A stretch of 64,000 nucleotides of DNA from a virus (taxonomy: Duplodnaviria; Caudoviricetes): IMG/VR virus record IMGVR_UViG_3300029305_001467, positions 1 to 64,000 of that record, one strand, 5' to 3'. A program made the translations under genes and the position numbers. The notes below the pieces were generated by a model. It did no database searches. It was given only the letters and a program-made list of their open reading frames with translations, and was not told the DNA's origin. How positions within the stretch are numbered: the stretch's first letter is position 1; each line of letters starts with the position of its first letter. Of this stretch, positions 61,889 to 64,000 are shown one piece after another.

Positions 61889-62179
61889 TTATCTAATTTC
61901 TACTTCTCCATATGCTAAATCATTATTTTCAAATATTTTATAACCATTATATAATCCGCAACTTCCACCTTTACCAAGAGTAATAAATCTTAAGGCAACT
62001 TCGTTAAGCAGATTAACTTTAACATCATACTTTGATACTTTGTTTGCTATAGAAGCAATAGTATCTTTGCTCATGAAAATATATGGACGAACTTCACCAG
62101 TTACTATAGAATATTCATCAATACCTTTATCTAACTTTTCCAAATCTAGTTCTTTAATTATTGAAAACTTCTTACTCAT
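61889..62179 (-). CDS. Hypothetical protein (capsid A-domain-like pattern)
   Basis: PYIFMS..T...YNGYKI..NNDL.YGEV. Confidence 0.7.
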   Translation of the reverse strand: MSKKFSIIKELDLEKLDKGIDEYSIVTGEVRPYIFMSKDTIASIANKVSKYDVKVNLLNEVALRFITLGKGGSCGLYNGYKIFENNDLAYGEVEIR

Positions 62180-62204
62180 ATAACCTCCTGTTAAAATTGA
62201 TATT

Positions 62205-62453
62205 TTATTCTGTATAAATCGTATTCATTATTTGTGCATATGCGAGACCATCTCGATCCAAACTTATACTCACATCAAATACTTCTTCACTGTCCAAGAT
62301 TAAAAATTTCAACATGATATCATCTTTAAGCGGTTTCATTTTACTTGCATATTCAAAACAATAATTTATTACTTCTTTAAAAGAATGAAATGTTAAGTCA
62401 GCAGATATTAACTTTCTACTACCTTTTTCTCTGATTAATTTTTCAATTACCAT
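62205..62453 (-). CDS. Hypothetical protein
   Basis: Track ORF. Confidence 0.65.
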   Translation of the reverse strand: MVIEKLIREKGSRKLISADLTFHSFKEVINYCFEYASKMKPLKDDIMLKFLILDSEEVFDVSISLDRDGLAYAQIMNTIYTE

Positions 62454-62455
62454 AT

Positions 62456-62656
62456 TTATTCTCCATCAAACTGATTTTGATTTACTGCATAATACTTAAA
62501 AACGAATTCACCAACCTCTGCCGAAGTTGAGTAATGATAGATGTAATATCCCGCTTTCTTCTTTTCTTCAATTTCTTTTTCAGCGCAATCCATCAATTCA
62601 TCATACTTATTACTTCTCAGCTCTATGTTTTCTATTCTTCTTATCAAGTAACTCAC
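62456..62656 (-). CDS. Hypothetical protein
   Basis: Track ORF. Confidence 0.55.
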   Translation of the reverse strand: MSYLIRRIENIELRSNKYDELMDCAEKEIEEKKKAGYYIYHYSTSAEVGEFVFKYYAVNQNQFDGE

Positions 62657-62999
62657 CTATCCTTATATTGACTTTTATTTTTCTTTCTTCATAACACTTC
62701 TTTGCTCGCTCAAACAAATCAATAGTGTCCCCATTTAGAGCTGCATTAAAGTTATAATAGCAACCACCTCTGTTATATCCTTTAATTGTTTCCTTGCTAT
62801 ATTCAATTGCATGTTTATCATCTGTCCAGCCACTTACATCTATTGAACCTGCCAAATAGTTACCACATTCGCACTTATAATGTCTTATGGGTCTACCATA
62901 CCCATCTCGCACATTCGTAATAGTTTCTTCTCCCTTGTATGGATTATCATTTCTGATTTCTTCCTTGTTGCATTCCGGGCAATAAAATAATCTACTCAT
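62610..62999 (-). CDS. Zn-ribbon protein
   Basis: CPEC...CECG. Confidence 0.7.
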   Translation of the reverse strand: MSRLFYCPECNKEEIRNDNPYKGEETITNVRDGYGRPIRHYKCECGNYLAGSIDVSGWTDDKHAIEYSKETIKGYNRGGCYYNFNAALNGDTIDLFERAKKCYEERKIKVNIRIGELLDKKNRKHRAEK

Positions 63000-63029
63000 A
63001 ATTCACCTCTCAATAAAACGGTACTTCTA

Positions 63030-63275
63030 TTAGTTTGCCCAAAGTCTAATTCCACGTTCTTCACATAACATTCCAAGAAAACTACTTCTTTCACATAAAT
63101 CCTTTTCATACTCTTCTCTTTCTTGGATGTCTACCAAATCATATCCAAGTTCATACATCCGTTCCGTTTGACTACCTAAAGAATCAAAAGCAACTTCGTA
63201 ATACTCATCTTCTAACTCTTTATCAGTTACAGATGCGGCCCATTTAATAATTGCATCTCGTTCAGATTTCTTCAT
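63030..63275 (-). CDS. Hypothetical protein
   Basis: SD AAGGAGG. Confidence 0.7.
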   Translation of the reverse strand: MKKSERDAIIKWAASVTDKELEDEYYEVAFDSLGSQTERMYELGYDLVDIQEREEYEKDLCERSSFLGMLCEERGIRLWAN

Positions 63276-63286
63276 TGGTATCCTCC

Positions 63287-63496
63287 TTACTTATCCAACA
63301 GCCAATCCAACTCATCAACAATATCATTCAATTCTTCGTTATCCTTTGTATATAAATCAGCGATTTCTTTATCTGTCATTTGATATCCAAGATAATCCCA
63401 ACCATTAACTATAAATTCTCTATAAGTTTCTGTGTTAGTTGCTCCTTCTAAACAATCACAAATTCTTCTATCTAAGTTATCTTTAATATTCTCCAT
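63287..63496 (-). CDS. Hypothetical protein
   Basis: MENIKD... after GGAAGG. Confidence 0.65.
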   Translation of the reverse strand: MENIKDNLDRRICDCLEGATNTETYREFIVNGWDYLGYQMTDKEIADLYTKDNEELNDIVDELDWLLDK

Positions 63497-63509
63497 AACA
63501 ACCTTCCCT

Positions 63510-63656
63510 TTAATAACCAACTCTCACAACCGACACAATGCCATATTCTTCTTCATAATCTAAATTGTCTAGTGCGTCACTGGGCGTTTCACCCTCATGA
63601 ATTACCGTATAACCATTCTCAAAAACTATAATCCATTTATAAACAAGTCTTCCCAT
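63510..63656 (-). CDS. Hypothetical 48-aa protein (not in track)
   Basis: MGRLVYKWIIVFENGYTVIHEGETPSDALD...; SD GGAGGT. Confidence 0.6.
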   Translation of the reverse strand: MGRLVYKWIIVFENGYTVIHEGETPSDALDNLDYEEEYGIVSVVRVGY

Positions 63657-63837
63657 CGTTACCTCCATATATAATCTCTTTAACTTTTTCTATTATTTCT
63701 AAGAAATATTTACGTCCCATTCTAGGAGGATAACATACATATATATTATCTTTATTCTCTATCTCTTTTATAATTTCTTTCTGAATTGGAAGTAACTTAA
63801 TATTGAACTTCTGCTCTACAAATTCTATACAATCCAT
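63637..63837 (-). CDS. Small protein resembling the terminase large-subunit N-terminus
   Basis: FVE..F.IKL.P.QK.I...Y....R.G.KYFL. Confidence 0.6.
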   Translation of the reverse strand: MDCIEFVEQKFNIKLLPIQKEIIKEIENKDNIYVCYPPRMGRKYFLEIIEKVKEIIYGGNDGKTCL

Positions 63838-63931
63838 GTTATCCTCCTTTCTCCATGAAACTGATGTTTTATCGGGAAAATCGACCTCTGAAACCCTTGA
63901 AAATAAAGGGTTTCAGAAAGCCAACTTCCAA

Positions 63932-64000
63932 TTAACCTAACATTTTCATAAAATCTTCTTCTGAAATAACCGGAATTCCCAATTCTCTTGCTTTTTTGTT
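63932..64000 (-). CDS. ligA: NAD-dependent DNA ligase, C-terminal BRCT end (partial)
   Basis: ...NKKARELGIPVISEEDFMKMLG* is a typical LigA BRCT ending; only 22 codons are visible. Confidence 0.7.
   Translation of the reverse strand, partial: NKKARELGIPVISEEDFMKMLG

Larger units (their letters stand above)
27945..63872. repeat. Dispersed 18-bp palindromic gene-junction motif WTRRAW-N6-WTYYAW (24 good copies, 2 weak)
   Basis: Starts: 27945, 30972, 34363, 48838, 49729, 50352, 51994, 52302, 52828, 53625, 55784, 56000, 56389, 56808, 57802, 58089, 58848, 59259, 59585, 60011, 60529, 62191, 63013, 63855; weaker 51535 and 59073. All lie at gene junctions. Confidence 0.85.

Noticed and set aside
48838-63872. 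Junction palindromes as RNA hairpins/terminators or just stop-codon context
   Set aside because: The arms are AU-rich with frequent A-C and A-A mismatches on the mRNA and no covariation. The antisense-facing arm and the fixed 6-bp spacing are not explained by stop codons.
27986-63913. 18-nt exact repeat CTTGAAAATAAAGGGTTT at 27986 and 63896
   Set aside because: One AT-rich 18-mer match is near chance expectation in 64 kb; the second copy is part of a local hairpin after the ligase gene
1-64000. Alternative genetic code, tRNA genes, inteins in dnaE/nrdD/helicases
   Set aside because: Core genes are full length in the standard code with all three stops used; no cloverleaf or intein motifs were recognised

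Overview
A 64-kb segment of a large, AT-rich temperate siphovirus with SPbeta-like gene content. The host is inferred to be an anaerobic Clostridia/Firmicutes species. Plus strand (1-24.6 kb) is the late tail/lysis operon: tape measure gene split by a group I intron (3469-5020) with a homing endonuclease, Dit, Tal/hub, several tail-fibre/adhesin genes, a double GT2 glycosyltransferase, a beta-helix protein, two holin-like genes and an endolysin. An intact attP-like region (24.66-25.0 kb) and a Tn916-family Int/Xis pair follow. Minus strand (25-64 kb) carries nucleotide metabolism (dUTPase, NrdD/NrdG/NrdH, an unannotated ferredoxin:thioredoxin-reductase-like gene, guanylate kinase, nucleotidase, ThyX-like, two HPr-like genes) and replication/recombination genes (RecD2, PolIII alpha, nuclease, primase, DnaB, Sak4-like ATPase, SSB, two HNH). 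About 45 small genes then run to the 3' end of a DNA ligase. Most notable: (1) 24 good copies of an 18-bp palindrome, WTRRAW-N6-WTYYAW, with all-different spacers sit at gene junctions and often supply the upstream stop codon, giving an integron-like cassette architecture. (2) Several small early genes resemble truncated capsid, terminase and tail-tube proteins and may be defence decoys. (3) ATA start codons recur. (4) The ssb leader contains a pseudoknot. All protein assignments are by motif recognition; no database search was run.
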